Shown here in pieces: positions 18,030 through 27,577 of a stretch of 64,000 nt of DNA. The stretch's first letter is position 1; every line of letters starts with the position of its first letter. The DNA is taken from assembly GCA_964433355.1 (NCBI GenBank), contig CAYSSE010000001.1:13976-77975 (forward strand), read 5' to 3'. A model generated the notes under the pieces. It saw nothing but the letters and a program-made list of their open reading frames with translations. It had not been told where the DNA came from and searched no databases. Made by a program: the position numbers and the translations under genes. Origin of the DNA: an uncultured Desulfocicer sp. GTDB lineage: Bacteria; Desulfobacterota; Desulfobacteria; Desulfobacterales; Desulfobacteraceae.

Positions 18030-21000
18030 CTATTTTTGGGTTTTAATATTAATTGCAATGTTTGATATTTTTTCAGAGTTAGTATCTAAGAATTGTACTC
18101 TAATGTAAAAAATTTGTGCGAGACGGTTCCCTGCAATTATACATTGGGCAGGCTGACCAGCACAGGCACAAATGGCATCATCCATTGTCAAGGTGGCAAT
18201 GGGCTTTGTCGCACGTTTGTGCCACAGGCGCAAACGCCCATCCAAACAACTGGAAACAAACCATCCCCTCCCATCAGCTACAGCGCCGGTCACCGGTGCA
18301 GGGTGTTCAAAGCGAGTCGTTTCAGAAAATATATGCTCAGATAATTTGTACAGGATCAGTTCACCTGCATCCGTTCCCACAAGAACGTGCCCGTTGTTTA
18401 CAGGAACAACCACCCGGATGGGTTTATTATTTGTTAACTGCTCGTTGTGGATGGGCATAAAATTTTCAACAAGGCGCATGTCCACATGGCCACAAGCCGA
18501 TCCACTAAACAAAAAAATTTTATCGTCAATCCGAATGGTTGCTGCTGAGCAAACGGCATGATCATGGAATCCAATAGATGAAAAAACGGCCTCTTCCCGC
18601 AGATCGGGCAGCATAAAAATAACGACTTCGTCAAATTCATTGATGGTGAGAATGCGGTTTTTTGATGAAATCCACAACACCCCTCGAATAGATCCGTCTC
18701 GTGGCTGAGAATAGAGGATACCCGATTGAGGATGATCCATTGAGATTAGGGCTATGCCTCCTTTGCTATCCATTGATCCTGCTACCAAATAGTTCCCATC
18801 GGGTGAAAACGCCAAACAGGAAATCGATGAAAAACGGGAGTTAAGGGAGAAAAATGCTTCCGTTCGATTCAAATCATAAATGGTTATTGTACCATTGCTG
18901 TCACCGCCAGCTCCCCAATTTCCGTTAAGGCTGGTGGTAAGGGTATTAATACCTGCATCAAGGGAATAAGCGCTTTTAAAAGGTTTCGTTGTTATCACTT
19001 CAATAACGCGTGTTTTTCCTGCACGTGCCAGTAGCATTTTACCATGATCGCATTGGAGTGTCACCAGAGAACGAATCTGGGTTCCAATTTTTAAAGGAGA
19101 AGAAATGCCGTTATTAAGGGTGGTTCCATCCATTGAAAATTCACGGATCATTCCTTTATAATTACCGGCAAAAACTCGAGTTGTGTCAAGGGTTGGGGTT
19201 ATGGCGCAAACAGGTTCCGTTGATGATCCGTTTATCTTACCCAGACAAGACCATTTTAAAGGCTGATCCTTATCAAGAATGTTTCCCCAAACAGTACCGT
19301 CTGCGCATCCTACGAATATAAATTGACCACAATCTTGACCTGAGAGGCAGCTCACATGGAAATCTGCTGCCGCTTTTTTCAAACAACGGGGATCAAAAAA
19401 AATAGTACCATTGAATGCAATGCTAAAAAGCCCGTCTCTTCCTCCGAGAAGGATACGTTGTCCGCCGCAAGCGGGTGCAATTAGCCTGATATCCCATTTA
19501 GAGGGAAAAGCATATTGAGCATCAGGTACGGGCGATAAGTTATCAGGCTGCCAATCATTACCATTTTTCATCCGCCATGCCAGCAGTTCGCTCCTTTTCG
19601 TCAATAGGAACAGGTGGGTGTTATTTACTGTAATACCAAGAATAACTGACTTTATCCAAACAGGATTTGCTGTGAGTTCAGACCCGTTCATTGAAAAGAT
19701 CCGAACCCTTCCGTTTCTGGCGGCAGTCAGAACATATCGGGAACAAGGAGAGAGTACCATTCCCACAAGCCGGTCATCAGGAAGCATGATACGGCCAGGC
19801 AATTCCCGTTTACGTTCAATATCCCAAAATCGGACCGTATGATCGTGAGAGGCAGATACAAGATTGCCACAGGCCGCACTGGCTAAGGTATGAATCTCTG
19901 CAGTGTGACCTTCAAGTAGAAAATCGGTAGAATGTATTTCAGGGGTGTCGTTAATTTTTGAAATCCGAAACCATGGTTCCCGTTTTCTTTTCCGTAAATC
20001 CTCTATCAGTTTATCAATACGATGCGTTGAGGCATTCGACAATCGCCAATGCAATTGAGCGGTTAGTTCCTGGGGATTATCAAGCAAGGCACGAGAGGCT
20101 TGTAAAAGTGCTGTTTTAATATTTTTAAGATCATAACCGATACCCGGTTCAGGTTCCTGCATAAGAACACGGACGGATGATAACGTAAAATCGCTGAGCA
20201 AATTAAAAATACCATGCCTTCGAATACGTTCCTCAAGAAAGTCAGGGCTGAACAACAGATTGGTCAATTGTCTTAAATGACCGGCTCCGTCAAGCTGGTA
20301 GGCCTGCTCTGCCAATTGCCTTTCCATTTGTACCGTATCCTTTTCAGTTTTCCGGGAATATGAAAAGTAATCGGCAAGATAACGGTGGAACCGCCTTAAT
20401 TGCTTTCTGGAAAAACAAAGTTTTATAATAATATCAGCAATAAGCGGATGCGCAAATCCCAATGTGGCGTGTCCGAACGATGATTGAGTGCGCAGTAAAG
20501 GTCCACAATCGCCATACAATCGAATCCATGGGGCGGCAGGTAATCTGTCAATTTTCGGAGAATTAGTGGATCGACGTTTAAAATCGACCAGGGTTTTGTT
20601 TTTTGAAGAAGAGAGTAAATCCAATATTTCATCTTCAGTCAAACCGTTCCGTGAGCACGCAAGCAAACCCAGGAATTCTTTGACCATGACGGGTCCGTGA
20701 TTTTCATCACGTTGGTTTACATCAATCCAATGTTTCAGCAGACCATGCAGGCCACTGCCAAAATTTGGAACCGGGTCAAAGTGGGACCATTGTCGAGAGA
20801 TCAGGAAAGCGATTCGAAGGGAAAGGGGTAACCCATCTTTTTTTGCAACAGTCAGCACTGCATTTTTCTGTTTTTTGGTAAGGCAACGTCCTACAGAATT
20901 GAACCAAGCCTTGAGGAGGGTTTCTGTTTCTGTGGCTGTTAGCGATTTTATCTCGTAAAAACAATCAGTTGTCAGCGGGCATCCGCTTTGTAGGTTCGGT

Positions 21001-22481
21001 CTATCAGTGGAAATCAATAATCGGATGTTCTTTGAAAGTTTGGCTGGCATCCAAGACAGATTTCGTAACGGATCCTCCTCCGGAAGGATATCCAAACCGT
21101 CGATGACAATCAATATGCGCTTGCTCTGGGGAAATACGTCTATCAGCGAACGAAACGTCTCCACAAGGGCATTGAATCCACCCGCACAGACAATAGGTTT
21201 GCCATTGGAGAGTGCGGCAATGGCCGCATTTACACTGGCCAATAAACCTTCACCGGTCGCTGTCATGGTGTCCGCACCGACATAACGCTGCACTACAGCC
21301 CATCCGCTCTCTGAGCCAGAAAGATCAAGGGCTGTTCTGGCTGCCAATGCCGATTTGCCCACACCAGGAGGGCCATAAAGAACCAATGTATTGGCAGAAT
21401 TGCCTTGAAAAATGAAATCATCAATGACTGTCTGGTTGGATTTTCGTCTCAAATATAATGAATTGTTATGATATGATTTCTGGCTGCTGTCATCCTGTTG
21501 CAAACATGCCTCTTTTGCAAAATTGACCTGAATATCTTCCTCTTGCTTGCCCTCTCTGCTTTGAATTTCCCTAAGAATCACAGTGGCTAATGAACGAAAA
21601 ACATCAATGCAAAGATATTGACCCTTGGGAGGGATATCCTTTCCCAGAAGATCTAAACATTTTGGATACTCCCCAGGATTCCCCAAATAATCATTAATCT
21701 CACCTTCATCAGGGGTCCAGAATAAAGGGTACTCCGTGACTTTGTTCCCCAATTTGGATTTTAGTTCTTGGCAAAGGTCACTCAGTGCTGCTTTTGATTC
21801 CTCATCCCACTGATTTTTGTCTCTGTCCAGGTATTTTATAGCAGCGTTTGGATATTTTTTAATGTCATCTATATTCTGAAATTGTCGAAAAAACCCAAAG
21901 ATATGTTTTTGGGCATTTGCAACCTCAAGCGCACCCAGACGAATTTCATGGTGGGTTGCTGACAGACAGTCAGAGACTCTTCCCAAGCCTTGTAAACGCT
22001 TGAGTTCATCAATCAATGGTATCTCTATTTCGTTTTGCCAGTGGTCATGGCGCTCGCGTAATACGTAGCAAGGGGGTACACTATTTTTGTCTAACAAATA
22101 TGCCTTGTGTAACAACTCTGCCATGGTTGGCTCGATAAGGGTTTTTATGCGGTGAAATTTTTCCGCAGACAGGGATTCGGGAAGAGGCCGCCATCCATAC
22201 CTGTCACCCAACAAAATCAGAAAATTAGGTTTGGGGCTGAGTTTCTGGCAGCGTTCAATTTCTTCCAGACAGATGCCCATGGTTCGCTGTTGACGACCGG
22301 CTTCATCACTGATGCCCCAACGAAGGTCAATCGCCTGGAAGCGATAACCATAGTGTTGGCACATCATGCGAAGCTTAGGAAAAACACGTTCCTGGAGGGC
22401 ATCACGTTCCACCTTCAAATCATTGAAGGTGGAACTTATGAATACTCGAAATACGTTTGACATGTTTCGAGACACAATCAT
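18030..22481 (-). CDS. DUF4062 (TIR-like)-NACHT/STAND NTPase-WD40 protein
   Basis: RVFISSTFNDL..ER..IDLRWG, LLGDRYGW, SATHHEI; Walker A GPPGVGKS, Walker B IVIDGLD; WD40 repeats (LVSASHDHTVRFWD); GAGGT RBS. Confidence 0.85.
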   Translation of the reverse strand: MIVSRNMSNVFRVFISSTFNDLKVERDALQERVFPKLRMMCQHYGYRFQAIDLRWGISDEAGRQQRTMGICLEEIERCQKLSPKPNFLILLGDRYGWRPLPESLSAEKFHRIKTLIEPTMAELLHKAYLLDKNSVPPCYVLRERHDHWQNEIEIPLIDELKRLQGLGRVSDCLSATHHEIRLGALEVANAQKHIFGFFRQFQNIDDIKKYPNAAIKYLDRDKNQWDEESKAALSDLCQELKSKLGNKVTEYPLFWTPDEGEINDYLGNPGEYPKCLDLLGKDIPPKGQYLCIDVFRSLATVILREIQSREGKQEEDIQVNFAKEACLQQDDSSQKSYHNNSLYLRRKSNQTVIDDFIFQGNSANTLVLYGPPGVGKSALAARTALDLSGSESGWAVVQRYVGADTMTATGEGLLASVNAAIAALSNGKPIVCAGGFNALVETFRSLIDVFPQSKRILIVIDGLDILPEEDPLRNLSWMPAKLSKNIRLLISTDRPNLQSGCPLTTDCFYEIKSLTATETETLLKAWFNSVGRCLTKKQKNAVLTVAKKDGLPLSLRIAFLISRQWSHFDPVPNFGSGLHGLLKHWIDVNQRDENHGPVMVKEFLGLLACSRNGLTEDEILDLLSSSKNKTLVDFKRRSTNSPKIDRLPAAPWIRLYGDCGPLLRTQSSFGHATLGFAHPLIADIIIKLCFSRKQLRRFHRYLADYFSYSRKTEKDTVQMERQLAEQAYQLDGAGHLRQLTNLLFSPDFLEERIRRHGIFNLLSDFTLSSVRVLMQEPEPGIGYDLKNIKTALLQASRALLDNPQELTAQLHWRLSNASTHRIDKLIEDLRKRKREPWFRISKINDTPEIHSTDFLLEGHTAEIHTLASAACGNLVSASHDHTVRFWDIERKRELPGRIMLPDDRLVGMVLSPCSRYVLTAARNGRVRIFSMNGSELTANPVWIKSVILGITVNNTHLFLLTKRSELLAWRMKNGNDWQPDNLSPVPDAQYAFPSKWDIRLIAPACGGQRILLGGRDGLFSIAFNGTIFFDPRCLKKAAADFHVSCLSGQDCGQFIFVGCADGTVWGNILDKDQPLKWSCLGKINGSSTEPVCAITPTLDTTRVFAGNYKGMIREFSMDGTTLNNGISSPLKIGTQIRSLVTLQCDHGKMLLARAGKTRVIEVITTKPFKSAYSLDAGINTLTTSLNGNWGAGGDSNGTITIYDLNRTEAFFSLNSRFSSISCLAFSPDGNYLVAGSMDSKGGIALISMDHPQSGILYSQPRDGSIRGVLWISSKNRILTINEFDEVVIFMLPDLREEAVFSSIGFHDHAVCSAATIRIDDKIFLFSGSACGHVDMRLVENFMPIHNEQLTNNKPIRVVVPVNNGHVLVGTDAGELILYKLSEHIFSETTRFEHPAPVTGAVADGRGWFVSSCLDGRLRLWHKRATKPIATLTMDDAICACAGQPAQCIIAGNRLAQIFYIRVQFLDTNSEKISNIAINIKTQK

Positions 22482-22485
22482 TGAC

Positions 22486-25400
22486 TTACCTCACCGAAAA
22501 ATTGCTTGCATACATTTTGTCAGCATCCGGTATCCCTTGCTCAAATTCCGGAGAGTACCAGGTATAAGGAAGCATCCAAAAGTCACCAGGCAGAACAGGT
22601 GGGGTGTCAGAAATTTCTTGAGCTTTTATAATTGCTGTTTTTACAAATTCATTGATATCATTAAAGCTCGTGTCAGTCTCCAGTCTACGGCAAGCGTCAT
22701 ATACATTTCGGGCTTCCGCTTCTTTGAGGATGCGGGTGGGAACGCTGACACTACGAGCGCCGGCCTGGAGAAGTTTTTCCCTCAATCTGTGAAGGCGATT
22801 AAGTTGTTGTGCTTCGGCGGCTTCGTCAAAATCTCCTCCGACAACCAGGGCAATCTGTTTGCCTGCAAATCGATCTTCTTCAAAATTTTTCATGCTCTCT
22901 TCCCAATGTGTTAATAATGAATCTAAACCCAAATCCGAACCGATACCAAACGGTATCACCACCAAGCCCTCCTCATCTGGTATAATCTCATTAACTTGCT
23001 GCCCGGTCAGCAATTCAACATCATTGGTTGTAAATGGTGGTGTGGGTATTTGCATGTTTGCTTTTGCTCGACTTACCTTATCACTGAAGGATATGCGTAC
23101 ATTCTTCTTTGTTTGGATTTCATGAATTTTATGATAGCGATGCCTCATTTCCGTAGGCAGAACCAGAGAACATTTTTTTGGTATTCCTTGAAGCAACGCG
23201 CCAACATCATTTTTGGGCACCCATTCTCCCGTTGACAGGTATATCTCATCTGGCACATTTTTGTGTGTTTGGGTGGCAATCACCTCTGACCCATTGGTTA
23301 AATCCACAGGGATTTCCAGCATAATTACAAATTTTTCATTTTGGTAAAACCGGGGTTCCTCTCCTGAATGAATCGGTAGATAAACAGGGGCGCTAAGGTT
23401 GCTGCGTCGGCTTTTGCTTGCAAGTTCAAGGGCAGCTTTTGCCTTTTTTCTACTTAATCCTTCAGCATCATTGGGGGCGATTGTAAACTCGCATAGTCCG
23501 TTTGGACCGACAACTTGAAGTTTAAGGATATTTCCAGAAATCTTTCGGGCACTCAGAACACGGTAGTCTCCAAGGGTCTCAGGCAAGGGCAGGTTCTTCT
23601 CTGAGATGACTTGCCGGTAGATCATTTCAATCTCATGGCTTGTATTTTCATTGATATATCCAGTCATACGTTGTTCGAGGCTTGTGACTACCTCTTCTAT
23701 TTTTTCGGGTTTGCTAACCCAATCCGATGGCCTTTTGCCGAAAATAGAAGCGCCGAAAAATTCACCGCCACTGTAGACGCATGCTTTGAGTAGCTGGGGC
23801 TTCACTTGGGAGAAAAGGGTGTCCAAAAGGGTTGATTCCATTCCCTTGTCTTCCATTATAGATGGATTTGAACGTAGCATGTTGCGAGTTTCGCCGGTGA
23901 GAAAGTTGATTGCTTGCTGATACTGTCCTCCAGCCCATTGTAATTGAACAAGAAACTCCAACGTTCTTCTGGTCGGTCTTTCCCCATGAATAGACTGCAA
24001 GTAATTAACTGTAATTCCAGCTATTTCAGAGCTTATTTCTGAAATTTCCATCTTAAACTGCCGTCGATCCAGGGCATCAAATACTGCCTGGTCCACACGT
24101 TTAGATAAATTTTCTAATTTTTCAATGCTTTGTGTGGCCGCTGGCTGGAGCCACAGCTCAACCCACTGGCTTGCCAAGGCTAAACGAATATCTTTAATGA
24201 TATTTAACACCGTTTTTTTTGTGAATACATCCCCAGATTGCTTTGTGCGGGTCACCTGTTTTTCCAGAATACGACACCGTACAGCCATTCGCCAAATGGT
24301 ATTATTGAATTTATCGGGCATATGTTCTATGGCGTTGGCCAGGTTCCAGAGGGGTGTTTCAGCATATTCCACTGGTGCAAGCGGATTTTTAATAAAATGC
24401 TTTAATTCAGAAAGTGAAACACTCACATCCATGTTTGAAATTTTCAATGCTTCGATTTCTTTGATCAGCGTTTTGATGCGATAGCGAATAACGTCATCAG
24501 AGCCGGTACCATCGAGTGTTTGTTCAACTTCTCCGAGCAACAATAGCGCCTGCATGGCAATAAACGCAGAACGTTCATCATTCCATGCCTGGAATTCGTG
24601 AAATTTTTTCTGAAATAACATAAAATCATCTGAAAAATGGTCAATTTCGCCTGATTGTAATGCTTCATCCATGAAACCATTATCCAATTTGCGCCCATAT
24701 TTTTCAAGTGCATCAGCCCGGGCTATTAGAATGGATTTTACAGTAACGTCATCTTTGACAGCGGCTGTCGATCTCCAGGCCTGGGAAAAAATTGCATATT
24801 GATCGACGAAGGCCCATTGTCCACTTTCCATCCGGTCGCCAAACGCTTGCCACTGCTGGTTTAAATCACTTCCAAGTTGAAGATGTTGATTATAAATGCG
24901 TATTTGTTTAAACTTACGACGATCATTTTCAGAAAAAACAGATGATTTCACCGGCCATGGAGACAACACTGCGTTGACCAGGGCTGTAGCAACGCTTTCG
25001 GGTGCTGCGCAGAACGCCGTTTCCAACTCCTTTTGCCAAATATTTAATTTGGCCTCAGTTTCGGTTAGAAAACGAGACTGTTTTTCATAATCTTCATTAG
25101 GGAAAGCCAGTGCCTGGATTTTTACTTCCTCAATGACCCGATGAACAATTGAGGAGCCGAGTTCATCCGGTGTCATGCCTATTGCTCTGTTTTTTGAAGA
25201 AAAATGAATGGGTTTCCGGTCTTGCCACTGGGAGGTGTAGCGACACAGACCTGCCTCGGTATCACGAACGCAACGGGTACGAACGATATCAGCGACAAAC
25301 ACCGGTTTTATTAAAAGGTCGGATCCAGACTCAACGACCTGGAACGCCGTTCCTTCACCGAATAATACCTGTGGATTGATGCCCTGTTCACGAGATTGTT

Positions 25401-27366
25401 TAAAAATACCTTCCCACGCTCGGGTTCGGCACTCCTTGCTCCAGGTCTCAAATTGTTTTTCCATTTTCTCGTCAGAAAAAGCAAGGCCCCACCCTCTCAA
25501 AAGGGAATCAATGAGGCATCTGTCACTGATACGCTGGAAAACAGTATCCTTATTTGCCATGACCGCTCTTTCTGCCATCCGTCTGTAAAACATCTCAAGT
25601 CGACGGGCACTGGACGCTGTTTTCCATGTGTTTACTATAAATCTGAAATGGCTCATCACCTTTTCATGGGTTCCTGTAACTCGTCCATTTTGATCCACAT
25701 CTTGAATCGAATAGGATTTTTCTTTAAGAAGCCTGTTCCGCCACTCTTCCGAAACTTTTGAAATTTCAGTAATTTTATCCGAATTTCCCATAAAGACACT
25801 TAATTGATTGAGTGTCTCAAGAGCTTCATCGTGTACCTTCTTCAGTCGCTCCGCTGCTGCTGAAAGGACGGCTGACATCTCCTCTGCAGCAAGACTACCC
25901 ATAATCTTACGGAGATTATCTCCCTCACCTCCCTTAAAGAGTTCTCCAGGCAGTCGAAAAATCAGCGGTTCACCTTTTAAGTCAAAAAAAGGCAATGTCA
26001 GGCATCCTTCATATCCCGATGACAAAGCCACAAGATCTATCGATCCGATGGTTTCCCCTGATTTTGCCCAGGAACGAATTGAGTCAACAACCTGGCCCAC
26101 ATTCTCCGGTGCCCGGAGTGCTGTTAATTCGTCTTTAATTTTTACCAATCCCGAACTGGATGCCAAATCATTCAAGTCAGTTGAAACAGTTTCATAGGCT
26201 TTAATGCGCTCAACCAAAGCATCCAGGTGAATAGCCATCCCCTTTCTTTGATCCTTTGTCATTCCCCGAACAATTTGCATGCAGTTTTCCAAATCTGCGT
26301 TTTGTGCATGCCAAAGAGCAGCGATGGTCGCTTCGGGCCGGGCAATAAACTCACTCACGGACAAAAGCTCTGATTCATCCAAATCAGCAGCCTTTTTTTC
26401 AGTCAGCTTTGCCAGTACTTGACTGCGATGTGCGACTTCATCTTCTTTGGCGACAATCGCTGTTGTCCAGTCTCCAGAGACTGCCTCAGCAAGATTTGCA
26501 AGTACGTCGTGTTCTATATTCGTAATTAGCTCTTTTTCATTGTCTGCCATATTTGCAATTAATTCATCAGTATCTTTATTCGCTGCAATGGCGGCCAATT
26601 TGATATAAAATTGCATTATTGTCCGGGTTTTTTCTGCTTTGGATTCGATATGTTTTTGAATTTCGGCCCAGAGATTGGGATATTCAACCCCAAATTTATT
26701 TATATCGGCTGAAAGCCTGTCACTATATCCGCTGGTATCCAAAACCCCAAGTCCCGCCCCCAGAAAAAAATACGGAGAATCAATGTTTGAATATCGGGCC
26801 AAACCGAAAAGAGCTGCCGATGCCACACGACAGACACTTGAGGCAGCATGTCCGGTTACCGTCATCAGACCATCCTTTTCAGGTGCATTCCATATGGTGA
26901 TATGTGATCCATAAATGGACGCATCAGGAGCTAAAATCATTTCTGAAAAAGATGGCATTTCTTCCTTGGTAAACCCGGGGGCTGGAACTGTCACTAAAAA
27001 ACTATTTGAATATATTACCTTGTTTTTACGCTGTAAAATAAGCGGAATCCTATTCTGGTACATCACATCAACAGGACTTAGCTCAGCTTGAAAAGATGCC
27101 ATGTTATCTTCATTGACAAGTCTGACATTATGCACATCAAAGCCAGGTACCTCTAAACCAAGTGAAATGGAACAATTTTTGGTCCGTTCGTATTCTTGAT
27201 TTGTCTGAAGGGTCACGGTATCTTCTTTTCCCAGTACCCACTCGCCGGGGGCATCAATAAGGACAGTTAATTCACCAACTGGCCATCTGGTCTGCATCCA
27301 CCAAATGGATACAGAAACAGCAATTATAGCGATAATAATACCTATGCCAATCCATTTCTTTTTCAT
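22486..27366 (-). CDS. Large membrane-anchored helical protein with possible degenerate CHAT-like C-terminus
   Basis: 1626 aa ORF with AGGAG RBS and N-terminal KKK plus hydrophobic anchor; C-terminal LVVIPFG, IALVVGG, LLQAGARSV, FW. Confidence 0.7.
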   Translation of the reverse strand: MKKKWIGIGIIIAIIAVSVSIWWMQTRWPVGELTVLIDAPGEWVLGKEDTVTLQTNQEYERTKNCSISLGLEVPGFDVHNVRLVNEDNMASFQAELSPVDVMYQNRIPLILQRKNKVIYSNSFLVTVPAPGFTKEEMPSFSEMILAPDASIYGSHITIWNAPEKDGLMTVTGHAASSVCRVASAALFGLARYSNIDSPYFFLGAGLGVLDTSGYSDRLSADINKFGVEYPNLWAEIQKHIESKAEKTRTIMQFYIKLAAIAANKDTDELIANMADNEKELITNIEHDVLANLAEAVSGDWTTAIVAKEDEVAHRSQVLAKLTEKKAADLDESELLSVSEFIARPEATIAALWHAQNADLENCMQIVRGMTKDQRKGMAIHLDALVERIKAYETVSTDLNDLASSSGLVKIKDELTALRAPENVGQVVDSIRSWAKSGETIGSIDLVALSSGYEGCLTLPFFDLKGEPLIFRLPGELFKGGEGDNLRKIMGSLAAEEMSAVLSAAAERLKKVHDEALETLNQLSVFMGNSDKITEISKVSEEWRNRLLKEKSYSIQDVDQNGRVTGTHEKVMSHFRFIVNTWKTASSARRLEMFYRRMAERAVMANKDTVFQRISDRCLIDSLLRGWGLAFSDEKMEKQFETWSKECRTRAWEGIFKQSREQGINPQVLFGEGTAFQVVESGSDLLIKPVFVADIVRTRCVRDTEAGLCRYTSQWQDRKPIHFSSKNRAIGMTPDELGSSIVHRVIEEVKIQALAFPNEDYEKQSRFLTETEAKLNIWQKELETAFCAAPESVATALVNAVLSPWPVKSSVFSENDRRKFKQIRIYNQHLQLGSDLNQQWQAFGDRMESGQWAFVDQYAIFSQAWRSTAAVKDDVTVKSILIARADALEKYGRKLDNGFMDEALQSGEIDHFSDDFMLFQKKFHEFQAWNDERSAFIAMQALLLLGEVEQTLDGTGSDDVIRYRIKTLIKEIEALKISNMDVSVSLSELKHFIKNPLAPVEYAETPLWNLANAIEHMPDKFNNTIWRMAVRCRILEKQVTRTKQSGDVFTKKTVLNIIKDIRLALASQWVELWLQPAATQSIEKLENLSKRVDQAVFDALDRRQFKMEISEISSEIAGITVNYLQSIHGERPTRRTLEFLVQLQWAGGQYQQAINFLTGETRNMLRSNPSIMEDKGMESTLLDTLFSQVKPQLLKACVYSGGEFFGASIFGKRPSDWVSKPEKIEEVVTSLEQRMTGYINENTSHEIEMIYRQVISEKNLPLPETLGDYRVLSARKISGNILKLQVVGPNGLCEFTIAPNDAEGLSRKKAKAALELASKSRRSNLSAPVYLPIHSGEEPRFYQNEKFVIMLEIPVDLTNGSEVIATQTHKNVPDEIYLSTGEWVPKNDVGALLQGIPKKCSLVLPTEMRHRYHKIHEIQTKKNVRISFSDKVSRAKANMQIPTPPFTTNDVELLTGQQVNEIIPDEEGLVVIPFGIGSDLGLDSLLTHWEESMKNFEEDRFAGKQIALVVGGDFDEAAEAQQLNRLHRLREKLLQAGARSVSVPTRILKEAEARNVYDACRRLETDTSFNDINEFVKTAIIKAQEISDTPPVLPGDFWMLPYTWYSPEFEQGIPDADKMYASNFSVR

Positions 27367-27443
27367 TTTGCTCCTTTTTGCGGCAATTATTTTTTATTTG
27401 CTGAAATATTTCAAATCAATTCAGATGCTTCAGAACGGGTGAT

Positions 27444-27546
27444 GTAAGTTCTCAATAACCCGGGGTAGTAACGCCTGTTTAGCCCTTTAAACGTCGGATG
27501 TTATTCAAAAAGACTACCTGAATGCCCGGGCTTATTGAGATCTTAC
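27444..27546. mobile_element. MITE family A, intact 103-bp copy
   Basis: Terminal inverted repeats GTAAGTTCTCAATAA / TTATTGAGATCTTAC; perfect 8-bp duplication CGGGTGAT (27436-27443, 27547-27554). Confidence 0.9.
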
Positions 27547-27577
27547 CGGGTGATGAAGGCGAATAAACACAGCAAAT

